A DNA stretch of 64,000 nucleotides from Octopus sinensis (GCF_006345805.1 NC_043022.1:13206001-13270000); one strand, 5' to 3'. Shown: positions 1 through 12,700, counted from the stretch's first letter. Notes: generated by a model from the letters alone, not told the origin. Numbers and translations: made by a program.

Positions 1-263
1 CACAAAGACTAAATGCACTAATGACTGGTATGAAATCATTGTTATGATGTGTTGAAGGTAGGCAACCAGCCATTTGCAATAAAACAAACACATTTGGACT
101 TAAATTTCAAATAATGAAGCTGAAGACATTGGCAAAAAAATTCAATTCCCAGCAAATGTTTCGATCATAACATTGATTACAGGTCTATGGGGCAATCAAT
201 GTTTATATACTGTTAATAGAAGTCCATAGTTACAATTGACATACATCTACAGTGCAGATAGCA

Positions 264-459
264 TACATCTGTAGAGCAGTTGACGTACATCTGTAGAGCA
301 GTTGACGTACATCTGTAGAGCAGTTGACGTACATCTGTAGAGCAGTTGACGTACATCTGTAGAGCAGTTGACGTACATCTGTAGAGTAGTTGACGTACGT
401 CTGTAGAGCAGTTGACGTACATCTGTAGAGCAGTTGACGTACATCTGTAGAGCAGTTGA
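264..459. repeat. 22-bp minisatellite, 9 copies (TACATCTGTAGAGCAGTTGACG)
   Basis: Units start at 264, 286, 308 ... 440. There are only two substitutions (copies at 374 and 396), and the last copy is truncated. Confidence 0.97.
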
Positions 460-1019
460 AATATGTCCATAGTACAGGTGAAACATGCCTATACTATATA
501 CATATGCCAAAGGTAGTCCAGCTACTATGTCTACAGTTTGGTTAAAATATGTCCAAGGTGCAAATAATGCATTCTATAGCAAGGGTGCATTTAGTTAAAA
601 TGTTACTTTAACAGTTGAAGTACATCTACAGTATAGCATTACAAGTAATATATGACCACAATACAGTAATTATACACCTGTATTTTATACAGTCAACATA
701 TATGTAGAAAACAGTTAATCCATGTTTACAATATAGAAAATATCTGCAGTAAGAGCTCATGCGTCTGAAATATATCTATGTCTACAGTACAGCAATTATA
801 TCGATACTAGAGTCCGTATATGCATCAAGCATTGAAACCTATCTATAATGCAGCTATTCAATATATGTTGTCTCCTAAATTTCTCATGTAACACTGATAT
901 TTCTGTAGTTCAGCTAATGCATTATATAACACGCAGATACGACAGGTGTTCGTTATTGATAATATGTATAATACAGTCAATATGTATTGGCATCGTCATT
1001 GTTTTAACATTCTCTTTTC

Positions 1020-1395
1020 CATGCTTGCATGAATCAGACAGAGGAAGTGTTTCTATAGCCAGATGTCCTTTCTGCTGCCAATCCTCGCCTGCTTCCAAGC
1101 AAGGAAATATTCCCCAACGGCTAATTGGGCCCAGACAGGTTTATGCCGAATATTGGAAATGAACATCACTACATATGATGGCAAGACAAGAATGGACAGA
1201 TGAACATGGGGACAGACACACAGACACACGATGGGCTTCTTTCAGGTTCCATCTACCAAATTCACTTACAAGGCTTTGACTGGCTCAGAGCTATACTAGA
1301 AGACACCCATCCAAGCTACACATTGGGACTGAGCCCCAAAAACCATATGGTTGCAGACAATAAAATTCTCAGTCACACAACCACACCTGTACCTG
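1020..1395 (-). mobile_element. Decayed composite SINE (tRNA-derived head at the right end)
   Basis: Contains gggcttctttcagg..ccatctaccaaattcacttacaaggctttg and the gcccaag/gggactgag blocks shared with the younger copies at 21045-21440. Confidence 0.7.
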
Positions 1396-1446
1396 TGATG
1401 ACATTATATATATACATACATATTTTATATACATACATACATATTT

Positions 1447-1480
<34 letters not shown>

Positions 1481-2060
1481 ATATTATTCACACACACACA
1501 CACAAAAAAAAAATTCTCAGAAAAAAAATATTACAGTTTATACACACTTCTCAGAAACAAAATATTACATTTATACACACTTGTTTTAATTTTATGCTGT
1601 TCCAAATGTGTATATAGATAAACAGTTACTGTATGTTTTGTACGACAAGAAACTCAATCCATGCCAGCATGGAAGACAGGCATTAACAGAGGGTGGTGGT
1701 GGTGATAATGATGTTTGTTGTACAGTAGTTAATAAGACTGATACTTATTTATGTCTGCAGTAATGACAGTGAGGATTAATATCTAAAAATATAATTAAAG
1801 ACTGCAAGAAAAAAAAACATATATATACACACACATACACAGAAATTAATTAATTGAAAAAACCCTCCAGTAATTGCAGCTAAGTGGGATTATTTTTTTT
1901 TAATCAAGTGAAAACAGAATTCTTCAATAGTGATTAAACAAGATTGAGATTACTAATAAATTGATGATACGGAGATAGATACTGGTTGCAGGTGCATGTT
2001 TGCACCGAAATTTGCATTGATACATACAGCTGTAGGTAACTAGACAAGGAGCCTCTAAAC

Positions 2061-2315
2061 CAGTGGTTTTCAACCAGGGCCCATATGGCCTTTGGGGTGG
2101 GGCCCGTATTTTGTTGTTAAAAAATTTATCTGCAATAAATCAGTTATACTTCCACAACAGATAAAAATTATTTTTTTTTATACAATCCCTAATAATATCT
2201 AAATATAAAAATGTGAATTTTTAAACATCGAATAGCTAGTAGGATACATCAAAGTAAAACGGGGATCAAAAGAGTCCATAGGTTAAACATTTTTTTAAAT
2301 GGTTGAGAAACGCTG
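2061..2315. mobile_element. hAT (Charlie/Buster-like) MITE
   Basis: TIRs CAGTGGTTTTCAACC / GGTTGAGAAACGCTG (12/15 match). Perfect 8-bp TSD ctctaaac at 2053-2060 and 2316-2323, with a central TA. Confidence 0.9.
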
Positions 2316-3775
2316 CTCTAAACAGGGACCCAAATTGACTAGAAATAGCAACTAAAACTCCATAAATCTGTATCTTGTCTTTAAAAAAAGAGAAGAACAT
2401 TAAAAAGACCAAGACTATTTTTCTGACATGTCTTTTTATCATAAGTCTGTGCTCTCAAGGGCTGACCAGGAGTGGACATTATGTGTCACTAGATGAAGTG
2501 GATATAAGAATTTATGCAACCCAAATTTACATTGAAATATATTGCCCTTGTTTCAATTAGTTTTGAGAATAAAGAATTCCTTAAAGTAACCATCATTATT
2601 AAACTAGTCTTTGGAACACATGTTCATACGAAATTTTGATGGGAAGTTGTAATTTATGTTACCATATTTCTGTCGAAGTACACTTCAATTGTTTCAATTA
2701 ATTTTGAAGATAATGAAGAATTATGGAAATAACTTTGTATTCATCAAGCTGTTTGCTATGTTTATAAACATGAAATTTTAATGGGAAGTTTCAATTCAGA
2801 TTACTTTAAAACAGGGAATTTTCTAACACTGAACCAAGAGCAATATTGAGAAGAGCCAATGTGTGCAGCCTGCTAGAGATTATGGTGGAAAGATGAGTGA
2901 AACTTGCAGGTCATGTTTTCTGACTGCTGCCAGACCAACACACACACACACACACATATATATGGAGAGAGAGATTCAAGAAGACATGGGACGCTACCTC
3001 CAAAAGAAAATCTGAAGCAACTGTACAGAAGGGACTGAGATTAAAACACAAGGTGGGCAGATCTCACAACATACCACTGTTGGTTATGGTTCACCATTTG
3101 GCACAGCTCAGAGAGAGAGAGAGAGACAAAAACACTGATTGACCCTGTTGTTATGTATGTTGTTACTTTCAGGATGGTTTTTCCGTCCTATCACCAATCA
3201 TTTCACAATATGGCCAATCACAGAGTGTAAAACATTCCATTAACTTACTTACTACTTCTAACAATGTTCCATAAACTGAAGACATTTGTAGGTATTTGGT
3301 AAAAATAACCTAGAATGATAATAATATAATAAAATATGGCACAGAGGAACAACAAAGGAAGCTACAGAAAACAGGGGGAAACGCACACTGCATGTGGACA
3401 GGTTGAAACCCTCATCAGTTATTGACCAAAAGTTCATCACAAATTCAACATCTTATATTGTTCAATTTGGTGCTGTCAGCAACTACACACACACACACTT
3501 AATTAGCTATTAAGATGTGCTAGCTGTAAACAAGGTAATTTAATATCTATGAGGCTTACATTGTTCAAGGTTAACTAATTAAACACTAATTAGATTACAC
3601 AAACTCAACAATACTGAAACCTGTTAAAATAGTTTCCTATGAAACGGAAAGAGAAAGCAGCATCAAAGACTGACAGCATGAAATAACTGTCCAAGAATCT
3701 CACTCTTTCTCTCTCTTACGCACGCACGCACGCAAAACAGAAGCCAAAAACTCCATGATTTAAGACACCCCTCAC

Positions 3776-3845
3776 CATCCCCAGTGAAGTCCATCAGAAA
3801 ACTAAGTGTGTTGGGTTGGTACTGCTCTGCTCCTGACATTACCAT
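3776..3845 (-). CDS. Candidate alternative first coding exon MVMSGAEQYQPNTLSFLMDFTGD(G)
   Basis: aaaaATGG start context, 23 codons plus 1 nt of non-repetitive composition, then GATG|gtgagg donor (phase 1). Part of ORF-track 3663-3845. No homology support. Confidence 0.3.
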
Positions 3846-5101
3846 TTTTATGGTTCCAAAACTCCATGTATGGCAGCCATATGAGTATTATAACCAGGAG
3901 AAGAGGGGTTAGATCTCTAAGTAAAGGGGTCAGATCTCTAACTAACTAATGAGAAAGCTATTCAGCAAACCCAATATCAGTACATAGTGTGTATGAGTGT
4001 CTGTGAAAGAGAGACAGACAGGCAAGGAATAGTCAAATGCATCTTTATATCTGATTTAAATGCATAAACTCAAATCAGAAGGTGGCCCTCACCACTCAAT
4101 ACTATCTATGTTAGTGCTGTAGCTTCTTCAAGTGGAATGGGTTGAAAGTTCTGTGTCACAAACCAAAAGCTCAAAAGAAACCTTGGTGGCTAATTGAAGT
4201 GTCTGCAAATCATTTAGGCAGGAATTATAGATAGACAAATTGTAGAGGAGAAAGAAATACAAACAAAATATCTTTTAACAGGTTCTCTAAATTTTCTAAC
4301 AGAAGTGTTGGGGTGTGAAAGGCAAGGACAACTCTCTTGCCAATTAGAGAAAATCAAATTAAAAATATTTCCCATAAGAATATTTAAAAAAAAAAAGGAA
4401 AAAAAAAATCAATCCCAATTTCTAATTCAAATTTCAATTAAAATAGACAAATAAGAAAATAGTTAATATGCAAAATTGCTCAGTTTACTTTTTAAGCCTT
4501 TTGGTACGAACCCACCAGAAGCATTTCTGCCTTAAAATTATCTAAATTTAAACCTACCATCAAAATTTCATATTAACTTATGATACAAACACCAGCTTAA
4601 TATAATGACTAAGTTATTTTACTAAATTCTTTATTATTTTCAAAAATAACCGGAACAAAAACGAATGATTTCAACAGAAATATGGCAACAAAGGGGTTAA
4701 ATTGATCTATATTAAAACACTCCGTCAAAATTTCATGTTATGTTACAAACACTAGCTTAAATATGAAAGCTATTTCACTATATTCGTTATTTCCAAAATT
4801 AATTGAAGAAAAAGCCAATGTATTTCAACAGAAATATGCTAACAAAAAGGTTAATATTGTAAAAACTGTCTGTTAGTCCCTATTACTGCCATCAAACCAG
4901 GAGTCTTTGGCGACCCTTCCACACTACCCAGAAATGCAATATCTGCACACCTTAGCACCAGAAAGGGAGGAGAATATTCTCATTTGAAGAATGTAAATTA
5001 GAAATAGAAAGACAGACTGGCTAATCCAGTTTCTAGAATTGCTATCAGCATCAGTTCAATAGCAGCATCTTTTTAATAGCAAGAGCAGAAAGAAAAGGTC
5101 A

Positions 5102-5115
5102 GTTGCCATGGTAAT
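5102..5115. promoter_or_regulatory. RFX X-box-like palindrome GTTGCCATGGTAAT
   Basis: Close match to the X-box consensus GTTGCCATGGYAAC, differing at the last base. Confidence 0.35.
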
Positions 5116-6169
5116 AGCAGAGCAAAATCAATAATATTCTGAGAGAGAGAGAAAGAGAGAGAGACAGAGAGAGAGAGATGCTAGTTTAGATGACAGAATA
5201 CAAAGTCACTTAATAGGATGCACAAACAGAAAATTGAAGCATAGAGATGGTGCTAATTTAGAATTCACAAATGTAATTCTAAGAAGACAGAGAGAGAGAG
5301 AAACAGAGAAGGGGGGAGAAGAAGACATCAAAGGAAGATAAAATAAGTGAATTCAATGTTTCACCTGCAATAGCTAAGAAGTAAGAAAGAAGAAAAAAAG
5401 AGAGAGAAGGAAAAAATATTTTGTAGAAGCAATGAGGAATGAAGTAGAACTGTGTAGGTGTTGTATATCGAGATGGAGAGGAGACGAAGAGGAAGGACGA
5501 AGAGGAAAATTCAAGCGACGGAAACTTTATAATGATGCACAAAGTTTGTTGCTTCAATCAATCAGTTTATCAACACAGTGACCTAGCATTAACGAAGCCC
5601 ATTTTATAGTATTCCATATGGTGGCCGATGGTGGTGGCGGTGGTGGTGGCAGTGATGGTGGTAGCAACATGATGGGGAGGAGAGAGAGAAGGAGAGACGG
5701 AGAGAGATGACTGGGCAGCTATCAGCTGGTGGAAAGAGACAATAGAGGAAAAAGGTAAGAAAAATCAATAATGCCACCACCACTACTACTACTGCTGCTA
5801 CCACTGCTATTTATTATGTATGCTTAGCTGGCTAGTAGCAGCAGGAGTGCAAGTACAGCCTGGCTGATATATAGAATGTACAAATTTAGTCAAAGAGGAA
5901 TGGAAACAGAAAAAAAAAGAAGAAAAAAAAGGAAGAAAGAAAAGAAAGCCAAAAATAATCAATTCATCTCAAAGTACAATCCTACTACCCCACCACTCTC
6001 TCATCCCACCCATTACATCATAAAACTACTTCACATCAATTGGTTTTGATTTAAAGAGGTTTTTAAAACAGTGAGATTGTATGTATGTTTGAGTATGGTG
6101 TGTGTGTGTGTGCGCACATGCATGTGTGTAGAAGTAGTGTGTGTGTGTGGAAGTAGTGTGTGGGGGTGG

Positions 6170-6207
<38 letters not shown>

Positions 6208-6527
6208 GTGTAATGTTTAGTGTGTATATGTAATGTATGGTGATTGTGATAACTGTCTAGTGTACTGTCTGTGGTGTGTGTGTAATGTATGACGTGTGTG
6301 TGTGTGCATGGTCTGGTGTGTGTTTTACTGTGGTGTATGGTATGTGTGTAGTGTACAGATATGTGTTGTGTAGTGGATGGCATACACACACACGTGTGTG
6401 TGTGTGTGTGTGTAGATAAAGTAGCCAGCAAAGGAAAACTATCAGCTGTCAACAAGATTACCATCCAATAAAAGGCTGCTTCATTTTTCATAGATTGCTG
6501 CATTTCTAGTAAACAACCTTGTCCTAA

Positions 6528-6564
<37 letters not shown>

Positions 6565-6769
6565 TTTCTGTTTGTTTAGTTCTGGCTTTTTATGCGCCAG
6601 AATATATGCAACTGTTGACCTTAGCATTATTGTTGTTGTTGTTGTTCCACAAAACGTAGATCTTTTACAGTCAGGTTGTGTAATTATGCCTCAGTACCCC
6701 CCACCTCCACCCCACCCACGACTAAGAGACAATTTTATTTCTATTATTATTATTATTACTATTATTATA

Positions 6770-7095
6770 ATATTCTGCTGAGGTCGATTTTGCCTTTCAC
6801 CCTTCCAGGGTCGATAAAATAAGAAACAGCTGAGCAACTGGGGTTGATGTAATTGACTAGTCCCTCTCCCCACCAAATTGCTGGCCTTGTACGAAAATTT
6901 GAAACCATTATTATTAATATTATTATTATTAGCAGTAAGTGGGCAGGATCATCATTCCAGCCCTTTATATTCTGAGTTCAAATTCTGCTAGAGTCAATTT
7001 TCAACCTTGCCATTAGTAAAGCACTGGGGGACCAACGTAATCAACTTGCCCCCTTCACTCAAAATTTCTGACCTTGTGCCAAAATTTGAAAGAAT
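6770..7095 (+). mobile_element. Two stacked decayed tRNA-SINE copies (family of 47746-47978)
   Basis: The block tcgattttgcctttcacccttccagggtcgataaaat...ggggttgatgtaattgac...aaaatttgaaac occurs twice, separated by a (TTA)n tail. Confidence 0.75.
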
Positions 7096-7570
7096 TTTTT
7101 TCTCATTATCATCATCATCATCGTTATCATTAATTAATCTTGCCTTCCTTTTAGATCACCCCCTCCAACTGAACACTGACTTTACATTATTTCATTCTTT
7201 TACTGTCCCCATTGTATTGGAGTCCGTGTGACTAATAAATTATTATTGTCATCAACATAACGAACCAAGACAAGCTGGTTAAATAATTACATGTAAACAC
7301 AGAAAAGTCTGGAATGATTTCAAGGTAGATTTGACTAAAATTCTAACATTTTATTACTTTAACATTAAGGATCAAATATCACCTGTACTTATATAACCGA
7401 GTAGTAGTAGTAGCAACAGCATCAGTAGTAGTAGTAGTAAAAATTGATGCTACACATTTGTCTATACATATAAAAATATGCACACATATGTATACATAAA
7501 TATATATACGCACAAGTACAAAAATATACACACACACTTTGCACATATTCATATAATTATTCTACATATA

Positions 7571-7603
<33 letters not shown>

Positions 7604-8129
7604 CAACAAAAATGATAAATTATAGGAAAGAGGTGGGGGTGGAATGGGGTAGAGGGGAGAAGCTGTAATAATTCCAAACCCTGGATGTAAAAACGGTTCC
7701 AATTGCTAATTAATTAAAATACCTCACTGCCAACACAGTTGTTACAGAAGAGAGAGAGAGAGAGAGAGAGAGAAGGTGTGTGTGTGTGTGTGTGTGTAAC
7801 ACTGCAACCAAGAAGTGGTAGTGATCAGACACCACCACTACCACTACCACCACCACCACTCCACTATCTGAGAGAATGGTTGGAGCTGGTTAGAACTGGT
7901 TGAGAGAGTCAGAGAAAGAAAGGAGGAACTGACTTTTACAGAGCTGCTGTAAATTGTAACATGACATTTTCAAGAATTCAATAAATCCTGAAAATGGAGG
8001 AATTTTTGGTTACTGCTTTTCTCTTTTGTTTTGGGTTTTGATTTCGGTTTTTTAGATAAATTTCTTGCTGTGTCATTAAGTAGAAAAAAAATGGATATAA
8101 CAGCATTAATACACACATGCACAACTCTA

Positions 8130-8155
8130 TGTGTGTGTGTGTGTGTGTGTATATG

Positions 8156-8220
<65 letters not shown>

Positions 8221-8283
8221 GTACGTGTATATATATGTATATGTATATATATATATGTATGTATATATATATATATATGTATG

Positions 8284-8314
<31 letters not shown>

Positions 8315-8410
8315 GTGTATATGTATATATATATATATTATAAAGAGACAGATATATACACACACCTAATCCCTTTATAGCTATGTGTGTGTATATATAT
8401 ATATACATAC
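8130..8410. repeat. Compound (TG)n/(TA)n/(TATG)n microsatellite
   Basis: Seen directly. It is the source of the YIYI/CVCV ORFs. Confidence 0.97.
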
Positions 8411-8640
8411 AACACAAATATGCACAAGTTGTAAAGTTGTGTACATGTAAGTAGCTTTGTATGTAATTAAAATTTATAAGAGGAAGGAGGGAAGGGAAGG
8501 GGTTTCCATGCAAGTATTCACCTGCTGAATATTTTCATGAAACATCAGTTATAGATTTAATTAGTTACCTGTCCACACGCACACACGTGACTACACTAAC
8601 TTCGCAAATGCGTAGATCGAGTACATTAATAATTACAACA

Positions 8641-8790
8641 CAACACACACACACACACACACACACATTTATACAAACACACACACACACACATTTATAC
8701 AAACACACACACACACATTTATACAAACACACACACACACACACATTTATACAAACACACACACACACACACATTTATACAAACACACAC
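8641..8790. repeat. Interrupted (CA)n minisatellite with 5 x CATTTATACAAA spacers
   Basis: The spacer recurs at 24-28-nt intervals. Confidence 0.93.
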
Positions 8791-8918
8791 AGAACTGTTG
8801 CATACTGCACAAGCTAATTCAGACCACCTACTACTACAGCTACTACTACTACAACCACCACTACCACTGTTGCTGCTATGTCAGTAACATCATTTACATC
8901 CCGACCCTACCCACTGCC

Positions 8919-8950
<32 letters not shown>

Positions 8951-9522
8951 GCAATTGAAGTGATGAGATGTGGTGGCTTTAGCACCACCAGCCACTTCAA
9001 CCAAATCCAATTTTAGTGAAAATGAATCATAACCATTAAGTAAGGTATGTCTATTTAGGGTAACAGGGTGACATTAATTAACGTTTCCTGTCGTCGCCCC
9101 TCTCTCTCACCCCACTTACACACACACACACACACACACACCACACACACACAAGGAGGTTTTGGGTCAGTAGCAGGAAGAACTGAAACCAAATTACAAG
9201 GCTTCTGTGTGTGTGTGTGTGTCTGTGTGTGTGTGTGTGCATGTGAATGTATAATAAACACACACACACATAATGAGGTAGTGGATGGAATTCTGACCAG
9301 TCATTACACAGTAATGGCCAAGCCGCTCATTACACTGTAGTCTTACAAATGACCACCTTCCAACAACTTCTTTTGGCTATTTCAGTATAACAAGCAGAGG
9401 AGAGCAGAACCATAAAGTGGCCAGAGTCAGCCGCCTGACCTACAAGAGATAGCAGTTAGACCTTCCTCTAAGCATACTCCATTTTCAAAAGGCAAAGATA
9501 TATTGAACAAATATCTACAAAA

Positions 9523-9723
9523 GAAGGGATGGTTGTGGCTGGAATGTCTTTCCCAATAAGTTTGTTGAATAAGGACTTTCAAAACAGAAGATGCATTAGA
9601 ACAATACATCTTCTGTTTTGAAAGAGATGCTTGCTAAAAAGTTGACTGCTGTGTGTTAAGCTCGGGCCAGTCCTTATTCAACAAACTTATTGGGAAAGAC
9701 ATTCCAGCCACGACCATCCCTTC
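9523..9723. repeat. Nested inverted repeat: 55-bp outer arms plus 18-bp inner hairpin
   Basis: 9523-9577 is the reverse complement of 9669-9723 with 1 mismatch. 9576-9593 is the exact reverse complement of 9607-9624. Confidence 0.95.
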
Positions 9724-12700
9724 AAAATAATAAAAGACAAGATGAACACAAACTAGAGATATTACCAACCTGCTGGAGATTGACCCTGGTTCTTTTTGAT
9801 ATCCCAACTACCGGAGACTGCCCCTGGTCAAGTGATATCATCTTCCAGTTTAAAGTAATCTAAATTCACATCTGCCATTAAAATGCCGTTTTAAGTCCAT
9901 AATCTGAACATTACTTTATTCAGTCACAAAGTAATTGTCCTAGATTTTTCATTATTTTCAAAATTAATTGGAACAAAGGAAGTGTATTTCTGTAAAATAC
10001 GATAACAAACATATTGATTAAATATAAACTTGTGCCTTCTTCAATGATTACCTTGGACAGTGGAGCTAGTCTAACAATAATACCATTGCTAAGACAAGAA
10101 GGTTTAAAAGGACTGTATGATGGCATATAAGATACATTTTTTTTCCCAATAATCTCCCCAGGTCCTATATGCGAAGTTGGGCCTCCTATAAGCTAATTTA
10201 GTTCTTGACACTCTTTTTTTGCCTAAATGTAACTGCTGAAATTGGGGTTACACCCAATTAGCTCGTGTGTTTTTTTGTGCCATCAAATGCAGTAGTAAAA
10301 TGTTCATCTTTTTTATAGAATGTTACAAGTAATATTTAGTCCAGAAGGGCAGGAATTTTGAAGAACTGATCTGGAATTTAATGTCAAGTCCCACACAATA
10401 ACCGCTTGGAAAGTGAATGGAAAATAAGCCAACAACATTCCACATATTTATATATTTTATCTTTTACTTGTTTTCAGCCATGCTGGAGCATCAGTCTGAA
10501 GAGTTTAATCAAATAGATCAATCTTAGAAATAAAGCTTTTTTTAAAATCTGGTACTTAACGATGAAGATGATGATGATGATTTTATCAGTCTCTTTTGCC
10601 AGTGAAATATGAAGCAACAAGGGAACCTCTGTCTGGACACTCAACTTTCTAGAAATAGCAACCAAGCCACCTTTACATCAAACACTACCATTCTAAGGAA
10701 GAGACATTGAATAATGTAGTCCTTGATAGACTCAGTCTTCGAAAACAAAAACAAAGAAAAAGATATTGCATTCATAACTGGAATGTCTTTGAGCAAAGAT
10801 CGGTGAAAACAGAGCAGAACAGACTAAAAATAAACTCACATAAAGGCAGCAGTGTGTACAGATGGACTGAGAGTACAACAGATTACAGTGTTAAGCAGTG
10901 GAAGGAAGTGTGTGGGCTGATTTAGTGAAGCTAGCAAATACAATTCTGTGTAGAGCAGAAGATATGAATCTTGCAGCTTTTATAGAAATAATTGACAACT
11001 AATTTGGGATGCTATCTCGCTCTTGTTATCTGTACAAGTTTGTCTGACACTAGCAATACACTTCCATCTCTGCAAACAATCTTTTATCTTGGATTTCAAT
11101 ATGCAACCACAGAACAGGTCAAACTTGTTCTACATGTAGATCATCATCCAAGACAGCCCGTTCTTTATTAGAAACCAATGGCGAGTATGGCCGGTCACTT
11201 CCACCCTCACAATCATGCAAAACCTGGCCACACGCCATTGATCGCACTCTTTTAACACTCCCTAATACCCCTTTGTTTCTTTGTCTATGTTTTTTTTTTT
11301 TTTAGAATTACAACGAACTCAAAGACAAAGAAAATTACATTCAATCACTTTCCATGGAGTTCTTTAAATATTCCAGCCTCAACTTGTATCTGACAGGAAA
11401 CAAATTTGAGGCTGATAAAAAATGATAATTTGGATTGCAAATGATTGATTCATTGAAATGGTGAATGATGCTTCAAGAAATTACATGTGAAAAGACTTAT
11501 TTCTCTCTCTCACATACACACACATATATATATATATATATACACATACATACATATACATACATACATACACACACATATATATATGAACCTGACCCAT
11601 ATGCATTTTCCCATCTCCCCTGGACTTCCCTTTAATATTCGACAAAAGACTGTCTGAAATGTTATACTTTTATTCAAGTTTTTTTTTTTTTTTCTTGCTT
11701 GACCATCAACCTCATAATATTGACCCTTGAACTTTGGTTGTTGTTGTTGTTGTTGTTCTCCCCACCCACCCTCAGTTTTTCATATTTGCTTTGGTCCTTC
11801 TCCGCCTTCCCCTCAGAAACACCACAAATAAACATTTGAAATAATGAGTAAATTGTTGATAGTGATGATGATAAAGACAATAATGAAAAGTAAAACACAC
11901 ACACACACACACACACACACAAGTACATCCACATTAGTTCTCCAATATAATGGTCAGGCAGATAACTTCCAAAAGGAAATCTTGCAACAGCCATTATTGC
12001 AAAGCATTTTTTCCAATGTTCTAACAATTCTGCCAGTTCACCATCAATAATGATGATGAGGATGATGATGATTTCTAACATTGGCACGACACCCTACAGT
12101 CAATTTAATCATTCCCCATAAAATACAGACAGCTGAAGGTCCAAAGTCAACCATGGACTTAAAAAAAGTATGGGATGTAAAACAGAAAGGAGCAAACACC
12201 ACCACAAGGTATTTAAAAGTTTGCTGTTCTAATAAAGTCTTCCAATCAAAATTAAGAAAAGCAATTAATTAAACAACTATGTTACATTAGAATTGTAGTA
12301 AAATAAAACTGGACATAGAAAGGGAAAAGGGGCCATAAAGCCACCTACCTACCATCTTAAATACTCCCCCACTACACTTAGTTGACGAAGGAACTTTTGC
12401 CTGTCTTGCAAGTCACTTAGCCACACCACATGTGACAGTGCCACATGAAAAGCACCCACCCAACACCCACTGTAAAGCAGTTGGCTTTAGGAAGAGCATC
12501 CAGCTGTAGAAACTACATCAAAGCTGGCATCGGAGCTCAATGCAGCCCTGCGTCTTGACAGAGCCTATACAAACCCTCCAGCCAAAACCAACAAGGAAAA
12601 CAAACATTAGATGATGATGATGAGGACGACAACGACTTAAGCCGTACTCTCTCTCCTCCATATCACAGTAATTACAGATAACTCTAGAAGATGAGAGACT

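Noticed and set aside
264-459. CRISPR-like array
   Set aside because: Units are contiguous with no unique spacers, there are no cas genes, and the context is eukaryotic.
213-510. 85-87 aa ORFs with a 22-aa period
   Set aside because: Direct translation of the 22-bp minisatellite.
7970-8817. ORFs rich in YI/CV/HT (also 6063-6560, 27891-28076, 39678-40096, 40466-40781)
   Set aside because: Dinucleotide microsatellite artefacts.
9770-9910. Minus-strand WDIKKNQGQ resembling SPEN RRM3 IDIKKVNG
   Set aside because: All frames from plausible acceptors hit stops, and part of the segment is MITE-like sequence.
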